Shown here: positions 1 through 10,473 of the stretch, piece after piece
Layout of the letters: the number at the start of each line of letters is the position of its first letter
How positions within the stretch are numbered: position 1 is the first letter of the stretch
Assembly (NCBI GenBank): GCA_963666285.1
Contig: OY762711.1
Origin: Sedimentisphaerales bacterium
GTDB taxonomy: Bacteria > Planctomycetota > Phycisphaerae > Sedimentisphaerales > SM23-30
DNA length: 64,000 nt
Strand: one strand, 5' to 3'
Translations under genes and position numbers: made by a program
The notes under the pieces: generated by a model
Seen by the model: the letters and a program-made list of their open reading frames with translations, nothing else
Told to the model about the DNA's origin: nothing
The model's database searches: none

Positions 1-1
1 T

Positions 2-613
2 CCTGATAAGGGCTCTTAATGTGCCCATAAGTAATTCCTGCTGGTCTGTGTATAAAGTCTGGTTTTCATGGCAGTTAGAAAGTTTATTGGCTACCGAGAG
101 CACCAGTCTCGATTCGATTGAACAGAAATTATCTCCATGGTATTTTCCACAGGCAGCAATAGCTCCAACAGTGCCATGGTTCGTGACGATAGGGGCGATA
201 ATATAATTGTTTATATTTTGTATCAGTCTTGATGAAGCTTTGGTCGGACTATTTTCGATAATAAATGAAGCTTTATCATTTTTGGCGATATGTTTTGCTT
301 CCTGCCAGATAGCAGATATAGAGTTTCCAGCCAGAAGGTATTTCCCCTCCTGAAATACCTCCGGCTGATTTTGTTTATCTGTTTTTGTGGAGTCATTATT
401 TCTTAAATCATTCCAGATGATTGCAACATAATCACATTCGATAACTTTCCTGAGCTGTTTGCATATAGATCGGATTTGCCTTGGTAAATCTCTGATGTTA
501 ACAGTAAGGTCACCTATTTTATGCAGTAGACTGATTTCCTCGTAGCTTTTGCTTAATGCTTCAGCCAGTTTTTCGTTGTCGCTTGCAACTGTAATATTTT
601 CTAATGTGTTCAT
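2..613 (-). CDS. GAF + probable HD-GYP domain protein (c-di-GMP phosphodiesterase-like), 3' part runs off the window
   Basis: Not in the ORF track because it has no stop in the window. ATG at 613 reads MNTLENITVASDNEKLAEALSKSYEEISLLHKIG...YIIAPIV...GAIAACGK...F...LSVANKLS..HENQTLYTDQQELLMGTLRALIR, a GAF-like segment plus the linker that usually precedes HD-GYP. The HD motif itself lies outside the window. Confidence 0.65.
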   Translation of the reverse strand, partial: MNTLENITVASDNEKLAEALSKSYEEISLLHKIGDLTVNIRDLPRQIRSICKQLRKVIECDYVAIIWNDLRNNDSTKTDKQNQPEVFQEGKYLLAGNSISAIWQEAKHIAKNDKASFIIENSPTKASSRLIQNINNYIIAPIVTNHGTVGAIAACGKYHGDNFCSIESRLVLSVANKLSNCHENQTLYTDQQELLMGTLRALIR

Positions 614-646
614 ATTTTAAATGGCAACCAGCCCAACACTGGCAAT

Positions 647-1033
647 TTATGCAGGTATAGCTGCACTTTCGGTTAATAGTTCAACTTCTTCCAATAGTTC
701 AGCCGGGCTGAAAGGTTTATCCAGGCATTTAACAATACCAGAAGGTAAAATTTGCTCAGATATTTCAAAGCTGTGAGAGGTCAGCATAATAATCGGTATC
801 TCTTTAGTAGCGATATTGTGTTTCAGTTTACTGCATAATTCCAATCCGGACAGATCTGGCATATGGTAATCTGTAATAATGATATCCGGCAGTTCGTTTA
901 TTGCCTGCTGATACGCTTCAATGCCGTTAATTGCTGTTATTATGTCATATCCGGCTCTTTTCAACTTTAAGCCGATAACATGTAAAATAGCTATTTCGTC
1001 ATCTGCAATCAAAACTTTTTGTTTAATGTCCAT
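647..1033 (-). CDS. Single-domain response regulator receiver (CheY-like)
   Basis: VLIADDE, IITDYHMP (phospho-Asp), IIMLT, KPFS motifs. Confidence 0.93.
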   Translation of the reverse strand: MDIKQKVLIADDEIAILHVIGLKLKRAGYDIITAINGIEAYQQAINELPDIIITDYHMPDLSGLELCSKLKHNIATKEIPIIMLTSHSFEISEQILPSGIVKCLDKPFSPAELLEEVELLTESAAIPA

Positions 1034-1109
1034 TTTAATGATCCTTATTCTCTTTTCAGCTTTAACGGCTGTTGATGTTTACTGTTTTCAAACACAGATT
1101 ATGAATGAG

Positions 1110-2579
1110 TTAATAGTATTTATTTTTATTAACTGTGCAGCCTGCCAATACCTCTTTACCGAGTTCCAGTTGCGGCAGACATATTGTAAAATTACTGCCG
1201 CGGCCCGGAATACTTTTAACAGAAATAAAACCACTGTGAATTTCTTCAACCACTCTTTTGGTAAGATTAAGTCCCAGGCCGGTACCTTTAATGTTTTTAG
1301 CTCCCGGAACCCTGTAAAACTTATCGAATATTTTCTTTTGATGTTCTTCTGATATTCCTATTCCATTGTCAATAATATGTATGTAGATAACACTCTTATC
1401 AGATTTTGCTGATATTGTTACTTTGCCATTGGGATTGGTGTATTTAATTGCGTTTGTAAGCAGATTCATTATTGCATGATAAAGCAGGTCATAATCGCCA
1501 TAACATTCAAGCTCATTATCATCGATTTTCTTAACAATATTGATATTACTTTCATTGGCAATAGGAGCGGCGGTCATGATAGTTTCATCAATAAGTTTGA
1601 CCAGGTTGAATGCCTGTGGTATCATGTTGACCGCACCATTTTCCACTCTTGACAGGTAGAGTATGTCGTCGATCATTCCAGCCAGTCTTTTAGCCTGGTT
1701 TTCGATTGTGACAGCCATTTCGCGGGCATCATTAGTATTGTCGAATTCGCCCTGGGATATCATTTCAGCATACGCCTTGATGGCAGCTAGCGGAGTTTTT
1801 AGCTCGTGAGATATACTATTGATGATATCGTCTTTCATCATCATAATTTCATTTTCTGTCGTAATATCATAACTTATGATAACCTGTCCGATTCTTCTGT
1901 CTTCACTGTCAAATACGGGCCAGCAGATTAACTTTAAAGTTCTGGTCACGTTGGTTTCAGGGTCATTAACATCAAATTGCCGGCAAAGTTCAATGTATGT
2001 GTTATCTTTGAAATTACTTTCAGTAACAAGTGAAATAATTTCAGGACACATGATAACATCTTCGATAGGCTCCGGTCCGTTATTGTCAAAGACAAAATCA
2101 AATCTTTCCTGGGCTTTGCGATTTGCCAATATAATGTTGCTTTTCTGGTCTGTTATTATCACACCTTCAGCAATGCTATAAATCACTGACTTTAGATGGC
2201 TAAGTTCGAATTCTGCGTTATCTCTGCTTATTTTAAGCTCTCGCAGCTGTTTAGTATGTTCCAGTGAGTTTTCATTTTCCAGGGTAAGGTGGTTATTGAT
2301 CGCACTGACAAGCCCGGCAAGTTCATTTATGGTGTCAACCATGATCATGCCTTTATGGTGGCTTTCGTCCAGTTCTTTAATCTGTTCGGATATCTTAATA
2401 TGTGTATTGGTATAGTATGAATGGATTTTGTTTATGGATCTGAAGAATACAAGGGTGATTACACCGGCAGATATTATGACAGCGGCAATATTAGCACCGA
2501 TTCCAAATATGGAAAAGATTCCAATGATGGAACATGTGAAAATAAGTGTTATAGCCAGTATTTTGTATTTAGTATTCAT
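1110..2579 (-). CDS. Membrane PAS-domain sensor histidine kinase
   Basis: Two N-terminal TM helices, PAS-like segment (SIAEGVIITD...ANRKA), H-box SHELKTPL, N-box NLLTNAIKY, G boxes DNGIGI and GTGLGL. Confidence 0.93.
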   Translation of the reverse strand: MNTKYKILAITLIFTCSIIGIFSIFGIGANIAAVIISAGVITLVFFRSINKIHSYYTNTHIKISEQIKELDESHHKGMIMVDTINELAGLVSAINNHLTLENENSLEHTKQLRELKISRDNAEFELSHLKSVIYSIAEGVIITDQKSNIILANRKAQERFDFVFDNNGPEPIEDVIMCPEIISLVTESNFKDNTYIELCRQFDVNDPETNVTRTLKLICWPVFDSEDRRIGQVIISYDITTENEIMMMKDDIINSISHELKTPLAAIKAYAEMISQGEFDNTNDAREMAVTIENQAKRLAGMIDDILYLSRVENGAVNMIPQAFNLVKLIDETIMTAAPIANESNINIVKKIDDNELECYGDYDLLYHAIMNLLTNAIKYTNPNGKVTISAKSDKSVIYIHIIDNGIGISEEHQKKIFDKFYRVPGAKNIKGTGLGLNLTKRVVEEIHSGFISVKSIPGRGSNFTICLPQLELGKEVLAGCTVNKNKYY

Positions 2580-2613
2580 ATATAAGCCTCCAAAGGCTTT
2601 ATTAAATTAGGCG

Positions 2614-3846
2614 TTACTTAGTTACAGTGTTATTTTCGATATTGCTGAGTCTTAACTGTTGAATTTCATTAAGCAGCTGTTCTGTAAGTGTGTTGCCGGG
2701 ATTAAGCTTTTCCGCCTGTTGATAACATTCTTCGGCTTTGAGGATTTCTCCCTGTCCGGAATAAGCTCTTCCAAGGATGCACCAGGCCAGAGGGTCGTCC
2801 TGATCTCTATTTATTACATTTTGAGCCAGGTTCTGGCTGATGTCATATTGTCTTTGTTTCAAATTGATTACAGCTAAAAGCAGAGTAGCTTCGTTGTTTT
2901 CCGGTTCCAGGGCAAGTATTTTACTGCATGTGTCAGTAGCTCGTTCGAGATCGTTTCTGGCTAAAGTAACTTGAGCCATTCTGCACAAGTATTCTTTTTG
3001 AACTCCATGTTTGCGTATCAGGGTTTCATAAGCTCTCTGGGCATTGACATATTGCCCTGTGTACAGATAACAGTCAGCAAGAGCCAACTGCAGGTTTTTA
3101 TCATTTTCCCGGTTCATTTCAGCCATGACGGATTTAATCTGTTTTGCGGCATCTTCATATTGCCCGGTTTTCATTAGTGAGAAGATCAGTTTATCAGCAA
3201 TAACAACATTGTTTGGGTTAAGCTTTCGTGCAAACATGTACATTGCAGTTGCTTTTTGATACTGGTCGTTATTGAAATACAGATTCCCGGTAATCAGGTA
3301 TAATTCCGGGCTGTTTCTTCCGAGTTTGATCTGTTTTTCTGCAATATCGATTGCCTCTGATATTTTATTCATTGATGCCAGAAGTTCTACTTCAGCCAGG
3401 ATGTAATCGATATTGTCCGGACTGCCGGTCTGAGCTTTTTGATAATATTCAATAGCGGTGATATTATTTCCCATCATTTCCTGCAGCAAACCCATCTGGT
3501 AGTTGCCTTCAGGGTGGTCAGGTGCTTGTTCCAGGCATTTTTTCAGGCAGTTTCTAGACATTTCAGGCATATCCTGATATATATACAATTGAGATAGGAG
3601 CAGCCAGCCATCTGGAAAATCAGGTGATTTTTTCAGGGTTTCCTGTACAGTAGATACGGCTTTATCGATTTGCCCATTTGTCATTTGTTTCCTGGCAAGA
3701 TCTAGAGCAATATCGTTGCGAGCCTTATTCCACTGTTCAAACACGGTTTGTTTGTTTTTGTCCTGGGTGCCGCAGCCTCCGGACAGGATAAGGGTCAGGA
3801 AAGCCAGAATGACAATAGTTCTGGAATAAAATTTGTAAATTCTCAT
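2614..3846 (-). CDS. Tetratricopeptide-repeat lipoprotein
   Basis: Start placed at 3846 (MRIYK, GGAG SD upstream); lipobox-like LSGGC; multiple TPR helices. Confidence 0.85.
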   Translation of the reverse strand: MRIYKFYSRTIVILAFLTLILSGGCGTQDKNKQTVFEQWNKARNDIALDLARKQMTNGQIDKAVSTVQETLKKSPDFPDGWLLLSQLYIYQDMPEMSRNCLKKCLEQAPDHPEGNYQMGLLQEMMGNNITAIEYYQKAQTGSPDNIDYILAEVELLASMNKISEAIDIAEKQIKLGRNSPELYLITGNLYFNNDQYQKATAMYMFARKLNPNNVVIADKLIFSLMKTGQYEDAAKQIKSVMAEMNRENDKNLQLALADCYLYTGQYVNAQRAYETLIRKHGVQKEYLCRMAQVTLARNDLERATDTCSKILALEPENNEATLLLAVINLKQRQYDISQNLAQNVINRDQDDPLAWCILGRAYSGQGEILKAEECYQQAEKLNPGNTLTEQLLNEIQQLRLSNIENNTVTK

Positions 3847-4073
3847 GTTTTCTCCGCCTGCATAATACAATTAAGTATGCATAAGGAATCAGGTCAGGCT
3901 ACATTGATGCCGCTGAAATACTATTATGCATTATTTTTTTCGTATATAATTAGAGATGACTTAATATATCAATTAAAACTTTATTTCGTAAATGGCAGGT
4001 CCTGTCGGCGAGAAAAAAACATTAAATGATAAAAACTGAAGACAGAGTTAGGATTAAGTAGTTAAGTATATGT

Positions 4074-4120
4074 AAAAAAAAAAGTTATAGCAGCCAATTG
4101 AGTTTAGCTGCCATAACTTT
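4074..4120 (-). terminator. Rho-independent terminator after secretin gene
   Basis: aaagttatagcagc...gctgccataacttt stem with an A-tract on + (U-tract on -). Confidence 0.75.
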
Positions 4121-4161
4121 GATTAACGATTATTTCGGTTATTATACTGGTAACAGTATTT

Positions 4162-5811
4162 CTAGTTGTTAAACAGGGTATCCTGCTGCAGTATTTTATA
4201 GACAAAGTTTCTAATTGAATGTTTATCGGACTCAATGAGTTCTGTGCCGCTTATTTCCTGTTGCAGGGCAACAGCGTCTTTATGCAGCGGCATTACATAT
4301 GCCGAACGATCAATATATTTTTTAGCATCTTCGGCTTCACCCATCTCTATCGCCTGGCGTGCCTGACGATAATAATGTTCTGCCAGCCTGGTGCGACCAA
4401 TAGGCATAAGTTTGTTACTCATACTTGACATTGTTCGGCCAATATCACCTTTAACTCTCTCAGCCATAGCATAATCCATGTCTTCATTGATGATATGAGG
4501 AGTGATCAGGAAGATAACCTCTTCTTTGTTAACGGTGTCGCTTTGGCTGCGGAATAATGCGCCAACTCCCGGAACTTCACCCAGCAGAGGGACCTGACTG
4601 CGTGTGACAGTTGTTTTGTCACGGAAAAGTCCGCCAATTACGATAGTATGACCATCTTTTACCAGAACATTAGAAGTGACTTCGGCTGTCTGTTCGGAAG
4701 GCAGAACAAATGTGCCTTTTGTTTCTACACCACCATCACTATCCTTGGTCATAAGTTCCATACGGATATAGCCGTCATTCATAACAAAAGGTCTGAATAT
4801 CAACTGGGTACCGGTTTCCAGAAATTCAACAGTCTGGGTTGCAGTAGTCTGCGATACTTCGGTAGTAACATAACCATCTTTGTTACCAACAATTACACGA
4901 CCTTGCTGACGGTTGAGAGTAAGTACTTTTGGATTGCCCAGGGTAACTACATCGGTGATACTTTCCAATGCTTTAATCATTACACTGATATTATTTTTCA
5001 CAATGTTAAGTGAGAAGCCGCCATCACTGACTTTAGAGGTAAAACCTGTTCCAATTGTGGCAGCGCCGTTTTTGATTGTGCTCTGACTGTCCGGGATAGC
5101 AAAGCCGCCGTTCTGATTAACAAAATCTACGCCGCTGAGAACATTGAAATCAATACCAAATTCATTAGTATCGTTAAGAGAAGCGACAAGAATAGTTGCC
5201 TCGATAAGTACCTGGGGAGGGCGGACATCGATTTCATCAATAATTTGACCAATCATTCCAAGGTTTTCAGGATAATCAATAACAACTATGCAGTTTTTAG
5301 CTGCCCAGTTTTCACCAGATTCATCGGTAGGGCCGGAAAGTTCCGGTGAGATAGATATGGAACCGGCTTCGCTGACTACCGGTTTGATCAGGTCGTTTAC
5401 TGAGACAGCCGGCACATAATTAAGTGAAAATACTCTTGTTTCCAGCTTGCGATTTGCTGACTGGATAGCGTTAAATTCATCCTGAGTGTAGACAAAAATA
5501 AATGCCCCTTTTTCTTCGTAGGTGTAACCATTGGCCGGTAAAACAGCGTCCAGAGCTTCCTTGCAGCTTACATCAAAAAGGTTGACTTTCACCTCGCCGG
5601 CGACAGCTTTTGTAGGGATAATATTCCTGTTGCACTTTAAGCTCAGCATTTGCAGAAATTCTACAATATCGCCATTATGAACCAGTGATTCGAGAATATA
5701 CCCCGTATTGGCAGTGTCTGTGTCTGAAGTTTCTTGTGCCGCAGTATTTGCGGTGCACATTGAAATTGCCGCGATTGATAATAGAGCTGTAACTAAAATT
5801 CTGGTTTTCAT
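4162..5811 (-). CDS. Type II secretion / type IV pilus secretin (GspD/PilQ family)
   Basis: Signal peptide, STN/N domains, secretin motifs QVLIEATI, PKVLTLN, VKDGHTIVIGGL, VPLLGEVPGVGALFRS, FLITPHII. Confidence 0.92.
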   Translation of the reverse strand: MKTRILVTALLSIAAISMCTANTAAQETSDTDTANTGYILESLVHNGDIVEFLQMLSLKCNRNIIPTKAVAGEVKVNLFDVSCKEALDAVLPANGYTYEEKGAFIFVYTQDEFNAIQSANRKLETRVFSLNYVPAVSVNDLIKPVVSEAGSISISPELSGPTDESGENWAAKNCIVVIDYPENLGMIGQIIDEIDVRPPQVLIEATILVASLNDTNEFGIDFNVLSGVDFVNQNGGFAIPDSQSTIKNGAATIGTGFTSKVSDGGFSLNIVKNNISVMIKALESITDVVTLGNPKVLTLNRQQGRVIVGNKDGYVTTEVSQTTATQTVEFLETGTQLIFRPFVMNDGYIRMELMTKDSDGGVETKGTFVLPSEQTAEVTSNVLVKDGHTIVIGGLFRDKTTVTRSQVPLLGEVPGVGALFRSQSDTVNKEEVIFLITPHIINEDMDYAMAERVKGDIGRTMSSMSNKLMPIGRTRLAEHYYRQARQAIEMGEAEDAKKYIDRSAYVMPLHKDAVALQQEISGTELIESDKHSIRNFVYKILQQDTLFNN

Positions 5812-5869
5812 TGTTCTACCTCTGGCTCACTGTTGGAGCTGCCAAAAAAAGTAATAAAAGTCCCTAGTT

Positions 5870-6409
5870 TTAATTGAAAGTGATTTTTCCAGAAACAGGT
5901 TCGATATTCAAGGTTGTAGTTTCGGTTTTTGCAGTTAATATAATTTGTCCACTGGTAAGTGAAGTCTTATTTGTAATTGGTCCGCTATAAGGCATTCCGA
6001 GCCTGTCAAACCACAGGATATTTGTTCCGTCAAAATCAGCCTGTGTGATAACAACCCTGTTGAAATTCTGGTCCAGGCTGAATTGCCGTTTAAGTTTATA
6101 CTTATCCGGTTCAGTTGTGCCGCTTGGGGCCGTTTTGCTAGGGTCGTCAATCAGGTTGCCATTTTCATCAGATACCTCAAATTTATTGTTAACAGTGTCG
6201 AATGTAATCTGATATCCCTGCTGGCTGGATATCGCCAGGTTTTGAGTATACATGATTATGGAGTTAAGTTCTCTGGCAGCAGCAGTTAATTGAAAAGTAC
6301 TGCTATTGCCTAATGTAGGTAAAATAATACCTGCAAGAATACTCATGATAGTGATTACCATTAGTAACTCAATCAGGGTGAAAGCAGATTGTTTCCGGCA
6401 ATAGTTCAT
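5870..6409 (-). CDS. Minor (pseudo)pilin, GspH/FimT-like
   Basis: Prepilin motif AFTLIELLMVITIM; FDRLG and EPVSGKI C-terminal pattern. Confidence 0.85.
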   Translation of the reverse strand: MNYCRKQSAFTLIELLMVITIMSILAGIILPTLGNSSTFQLTAAARELNSIIMYTQNLAISSQQGYQITFDTVNNKFEVSDENGNLIDDPSKTAPSGTTEPDKYKLKRQFSLDQNFNRVVITQADFDGTNILWFDRLGMPYSGPITNKTSLTSGQIILTAKTETTTLNIEPVSGKITFN

Positions 6410-6437
6410 ATATTTACATACTTAAAAAAGAAATTAT

Positions 6438-6758
6438 TTATTTACGTCTGAAAGTTACTTTGCTATCAGGATCTAATGCTGGTTTAGACTTTGCTTCCTT
6501 GTCTTTTTCAATGATTTCTACTTTTAGTGTTTTGCTGCTGAGTATCTCGGCTATTAATTCAAGCGATGCTTTGTTGTCAGCCGTTAAATTAATTAACTCA
6601 TTGAATTGCTGACCGGAGTCAGGTATGCCCTGGTTAGCTGCCATAGCGGAATTACTCATGTCAGGAGACTGGGTCCAAAGCGGGATTGCGATAAAGGTTA
6701 GTAATACCGCAATAACAGTCAGAAGTATTCGTGTATAATTGTCCATTACAACAACCAT
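6438..6758 (-). CDS. Hypothetical single-TM protein in pilin cluster
   Basis: Likely start 6758 (GGAG SD); DNYTRILLTVIAVLL hydrophobic helix. Confidence 0.65.
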   Translation of the reverse strand: MVVVMDNYTRILLTVIAVLLTFIAIPLWTQSPDMSNSAMAANQGIPDSGQQFNELINLTADNKASLELIAEILSSKTLKVEIIEKDKEAKSKPALDPDSKVTFRRK

Positions 6759-6771
6759 AATTATTCTCCGT

Positions 6772-7317
6772 TTAATATTTTGAATATGGTTTACCTTCAA
6801 AGCCGTTACCTTGCAGGTCTGCGATAAATGTCAGGGTGGATGGTATATATATCCAGCCGCTGGTGCCTGGGCACTGGTTAGGAACCGCATTCATTATGGT
6901 AACGGACGACATGTTATTGATCGGGTTTTCCGGAATCCTACTTAAATAGGGGCCAAAACAAAATTGATTCGTCCTGGTATTATTGGTATTTCCGTTAATA
7001 TCGGAAAAACCGGTAAGATGTTCCGCGAATAAAGTGGAATCAGCAGTATTTGAAGAGTCAACGCCGGGGGGGGTATCAAGATGCTGTAAAGCATAAATGC
7101 TGATTTGAGTTCTTATATTTCTCAAATCTTCTTTCAGCATACTGTCTCTCGTTTCTTCTGTAGCAGAGCTGAAACGCGGTACGATAATTGAAGCAAGGGT
7201 TCCAAGGATAATAACTACTATTAAAATTTCAACAAGAGTAAATCCTTTTAGACATCTGTAATTATTCTGTCTGAATATGATCGAATGATTGCTTGAGTTT
7301 TGTCTAAAGATTTGCAT
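6772..7317 (-). CDS. Type IV pilin / GspG-like pseudopilin
   Basis: KGFTLVEILIVVIILG, LR.QI..Y..QH and GPYLSRIPENP motifs; start uncertain (7317 or 7353). Confidence 0.88.
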   Translation of the reverse strand: MQIFRQNSSNHSIIFRQNNYRCLKGFTLVEILIVVIILGTLASIIVPRFSSATEETRDSMLKEDLRNIRTQISIYALQHLDTPPGVDSSNTADSTLFAEHLTGFSDINGNTNNTRTNQFCFGPYLSRIPENPINNMSSVTIMNAVPNQCPGTSGWIYIPSTLTFIADLQGNGFEGKPYSKY

Positions 7318-7383
7318 GTTTTCCCCACTGTCTGCCCCTGTGATTGATAACATGTTGATTTAAGAGTTTACTTAGTTTACATT

Positions 7384-7414
7384 AAAGAACCCGGCAGGTA
7401 TTGCACTGCCGGGC
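7384..7414 (-). terminator. Stem-loop / terminator after major pilin
   Basis: cccggcag(7390-97)...ctgccggg(7406-13) with a short U-rich tail on -. Confidence 0.65.
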
Positions 7415-7461
7415 TCCATATTGCATTTTGACTGTATCGTTATAGTCAGTAAGTGTTTATG

Positions 7462-7905
7462 TTATTCAACCAATGCACCTGAAACAATAGCACCAGTATC
7501 TGTATCGATAATCCAGTGGCATGTTGCCGGAGATTCAGGTGTGCCTGAATTTGAAAAGATTGTTTCAACACTAGCAGCACGAGGATTTGTCGGGACGTTC
7601 TGCATATATGGTCCAAGAGTACCGCTAGCAGCACCTTCTGCTGTAGTTTTAGTAGTCAGCTGAGTTATAATGTCAGCACTGGAAAAGGTTGTTGCAATTT
7701 CCCAAGGATACTGGTCATTATGTTGTGCTTTATAAAGTTCGAACTGTGCTCTCATTGCCTGCAAGTTACTTTCAATTGCTGAGTCGCGAGCACCTTCGGA
7801 AGCGTCTGTGAATTGTGGTATGATAATAGCTGCCAAAATACCAAGAATAATTACTACGATAAGAATTTCAACCAGTGTAAAACCTTTTGTTCTTTTTGTC
7901 ATCAT
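7462..7905 (-). CDS. Probable major type IV pilin / GspG-like
   Basis: Short basic leader + KGFTLVEILIVVIILGILAAIIIPQF; GPYMQNVPTNP; first gene of the cluster. Confidence 0.9.
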   Translation of the reverse strand: MMTKRTKGFTLVEILIVVIILGILAAIIIPQFTDASEGARDSAIESNLQAMRAQFELYKAQHNDQYPWEIATTFSSADIITQLTTKTTAEGAASGTLGPYMQNVPTNPRAASVETIFSNSGTPESPATCHWIIDTDTGAIVSGALVE

Positions 7906-8402
7906 TTTAATGATCTCCAGAAAATAAAATATTAATTAATTTACTACTAAAAATGTTTAACATTAAATGAACTGAAAAGGCTTACTCTTTAATAGCCGCG
8001 AGCATAAAAAATAGGTTTCCCCCTTTCTTGATTCGGTCGAAAGTCAGTTCGCTTCGTACCTGTTTGCTCATAATCCTGAAATGCTATTTTTTTGTTAAAA
8101 CAACTTAATTTACTTATTTACTTGTAGGCTGTTCGATAACAACCATCAATTTCAATGTATAATTTATTGAGGTAACAGGCAATTCATTTTAGCTGTTTTT
8201 CTTAGTTTTTTTATTTTACCAGCGCAGTGTAACTTGAATAACCGTTACAGGTATAATAGAAATGGTAAATAGTAACGGGAGGCTGTTAAAATATACTGAT
8301 TATTCAGGTATATCAGCGGAATTGACGCGGAAAGAAGGCGTATATAAAGAAATGGTCCTTAGAGTATAGACATACATTATATACAGGTCAAAATGCAGTT
8401 TT

Positions 8403-9560
8403 TTACAGGCAGAGGGTTAGGATTTCGCCAACCTCTTTATGGCCGATGTTCTGATGTTCGCCAACAATAGTGTTTCTTTGTTTAAAGCGATCAGAAACTT
8501 TTGCAATATCATCTTTACAGATATTATAGTCAGCCAGGGATGTCGGCATTCCAACAGAGTGGAAAAATTCTACCGTTCTTTCGATTGCCAGAACGGCGTT
8601 TTCATCATTGGTGTCATGGTTCAGATTCCATACTCTCTCGCCGAATTTTGCCAGTTTTTCCTTTTTGTTTTCAAACTGATGTTTCCATACACCGGGAAGA
8701 ACCACCGCGAGAGATTCTGCATGGGCAAGTCCCCAAAATGCAGTTAGTTCGTGACCTATCATATGAGTTGACCAGTCACCAACAGCACCGCATGCAATTG
8801 TGCCGTTTAAGGCCTGGGTGGTGCACCACATGTAACCGGCCAAAGCATTGTAGTCTTTATTTTGTGCCAGCACGCGATCGGCCAGCTCAACCAGAGTATT
8901 TAATATCGCTTCTGCCTGGCGATCCTGCAGCGGGGTTTCAATATCATATGTGATATATTGCTCTACGACATGTACAAAAGCATCTACAATACCATTCCGC
9001 AATTGATTTTTAGGAATTGAATATGTAGTTTCCGGATCAAGTATTGAAAATGTCGGGTAAACTGCAGAGCTGGCAAAAGCCAGCTTCTCATCAGAGCTTT
9101 TTCGGGATATTACCGAGTTTGCGTTCATTTCAGTTCCAGTTGCAGGCATTGTTAATACGCAGCCGAAAGGCATAGCCTCGCTTACATTCGTCCCATGGTT
9201 TACGAGAATTTCCCATGGGGCTGAACCTTCGCATTTGGAGGCCGCAGCGATAAATTTAACAGCATCTATTACAGAACCGCCGCCGACACCTAGAAGAAAC
9301 CCTATATTCTCTTCTTTAATAATATCAACGGCTTGCATACATGTTTCGAAAAGAGGATTTGGTTCTATTCCACTGAATTCGATATGTTCTTTGCCTGAAA
9401 GAGCAGATATAACCTGGTCATAGACACCATTTTTCCTGATTGAACCGCCGCCATAGCAGAGCATGACTTTGGTATCTGAAGGGATCAGGTTGGCTAATTG
9501 AGAGATAGTGTTTTTGCCGAAAACGATATTGACAGGATTGCAGAAATTAAAATTATTCAT
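8403..9560 (-). CDS. Iron-containing alcohol dehydrogenase (YqhD/BdhA-like)
   Basis: YGGGSI, GGGSVID, DAFVHVVEQY, HMIGHELTA...HAESL metal-binding motifs. Confidence 0.93.
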   Translation of the reverse strand: MNNFNFCNPVNIVFGKNTISQLANLIPSDTKVMLCYGGGSIRKNGVYDQVISALSGKEHIEFSGIEPNPLFETCMQAVDIIKEENIGFLLGVGGGSVIDAVKFIAAASKCEGSAPWEILVNHGTNVSEAMPFGCVLTMPATGTEMNANSVISRKSSDEKLAFASSAVYPTFSILDPETTYSIPKNQLRNGIVDAFVHVVEQYITYDIETPLQDRQAEAILNTLVELADRVLAQNKDYNALAGYMWCTTQALNGTIACGAVGDWSTHMIGHELTAFWGLAHAESLAVVLPGVWKHQFENKKEKLAKFGERVWNLNHDTNDENAVLAIERTVEFFHSVGMPTSLADYNICKDDIAKVSDRFKQRNTIVGEHQNIGHKEVGEILTLCL

Positions 9561-9642
9561 AATAGACTTCCTTTCGATTGTTTATCAACAACTGAATTTT
9601 TGACAATAGTACAGGCAGTCTGAGTCAGGCAGGAATAATTAT

Positions 9643-10467
9643 TTATTTACCGCAGTAGTCGATAAGCCGGGCAAGTTCAGAACGCATTTCCTTGCGATGG
9701 ACAATCATGTCAACAAAACCATGGTCCATGAGGAATTCTGCCCTCTGAAAACCTTCCGGTAGCTTAACTTTGATTGTCTGCCATATTGTCCTTGGCCCGG
9801 CAAAGCAAATAAGAGCCTTGGGTTCAGCTATAATAATATCAGCCAGCATAGCAAAACTTGCTGTGACGCCGCCTGATGTTGGATCTGCCATAACAGAGAT
9901 ATATAGTCCGCCTGATTCATGCAGTTTTGCAACAGCAGCACTGGTTTTTGCCATTTGCATCAGGCTCAAGGCTCCTTCCTGCATACGGGCACCACCAGAA
10001 CAGGTTACAGTGATAACCGGCAGTTGTTGTTCCGTGGCAAATTCAATTGCCTTAGCAATTTTTTCACCTACAACAGAACCCATTGACCCCATCATGAAAT
10101 CAGGATCAAGGACACCTAATACAACCGGTCGACCTTTTATGAATCCTTTACCAATGACAGCGGCGTCGTTGATGCCTGTTTTCTTTCTCATGCCGGCGAT
10201 GCGATCTTTGTAGCTTTTACTATCTACAAAACTAAGTGGGTCAACGGCAACCATATCAGCAAACATTTCTTCGAAGGTACCTTCATCGCAAAGCTGGTTG
10301 ATTCTGGCATGAGCCGGCACGCGAAAGTGATGGTCGCATTCTGGACATATGCAGCTGTTTTCCTGCATACTTCGGGTGAAGATAGTTTTTTTACAGCCCG
10401 GGCATTTAGTCCATAAGCCTTCGGGCATGTCTCTTTTCAGTGTTTGTTTAGATTGGTCTTGATTCAT
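9643..10467 (-). CDS. accD: Acetyl-CoA carboxylase carboxyltransferase beta subunit
   Basis: GLWTKCPGC...CPEC zinc finger, GSMGSVVGEK, SGGARMQEG, LPEGFQRAEFL. Confidence 0.97.
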   Translation of the reverse strand: MNQDQSKQTLKRDMPEGLWTKCPGCKKTIFTRSMQENSCICPECDHHFRVPAHARINQLCDEGTFEEMFADMVAVDPLSFVDSKSYKDRIAGMRKKTGINDAAVIGKGFIKGRPVVLGVLDPDFMMGSMGSVVGEKIAKAIEFATEQQLPVITVTCSGGARMQEGALSLMQMAKTSAAVAKLHESGGLYISVMADPTSGGVTASFAMLADIIIAEPKALICFAGPRTIWQTIKVKLPEGFQRAEFLMDHGFVDMIVHRKEMRSELARLIDYCGK

Positions 10468-10473
10468 ATTATA

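Noticed and set aside
7970..8075. Possible c-di-GMP-I riboswitch or 29-aa uORF upstream of the major pilin
   Set aside because: GCAAAC is present, but the GAAA-tetraloop / GACGCAAAG core and P2 stem are not. The uORF (MSKQVRSE...) has no supporting evidence.
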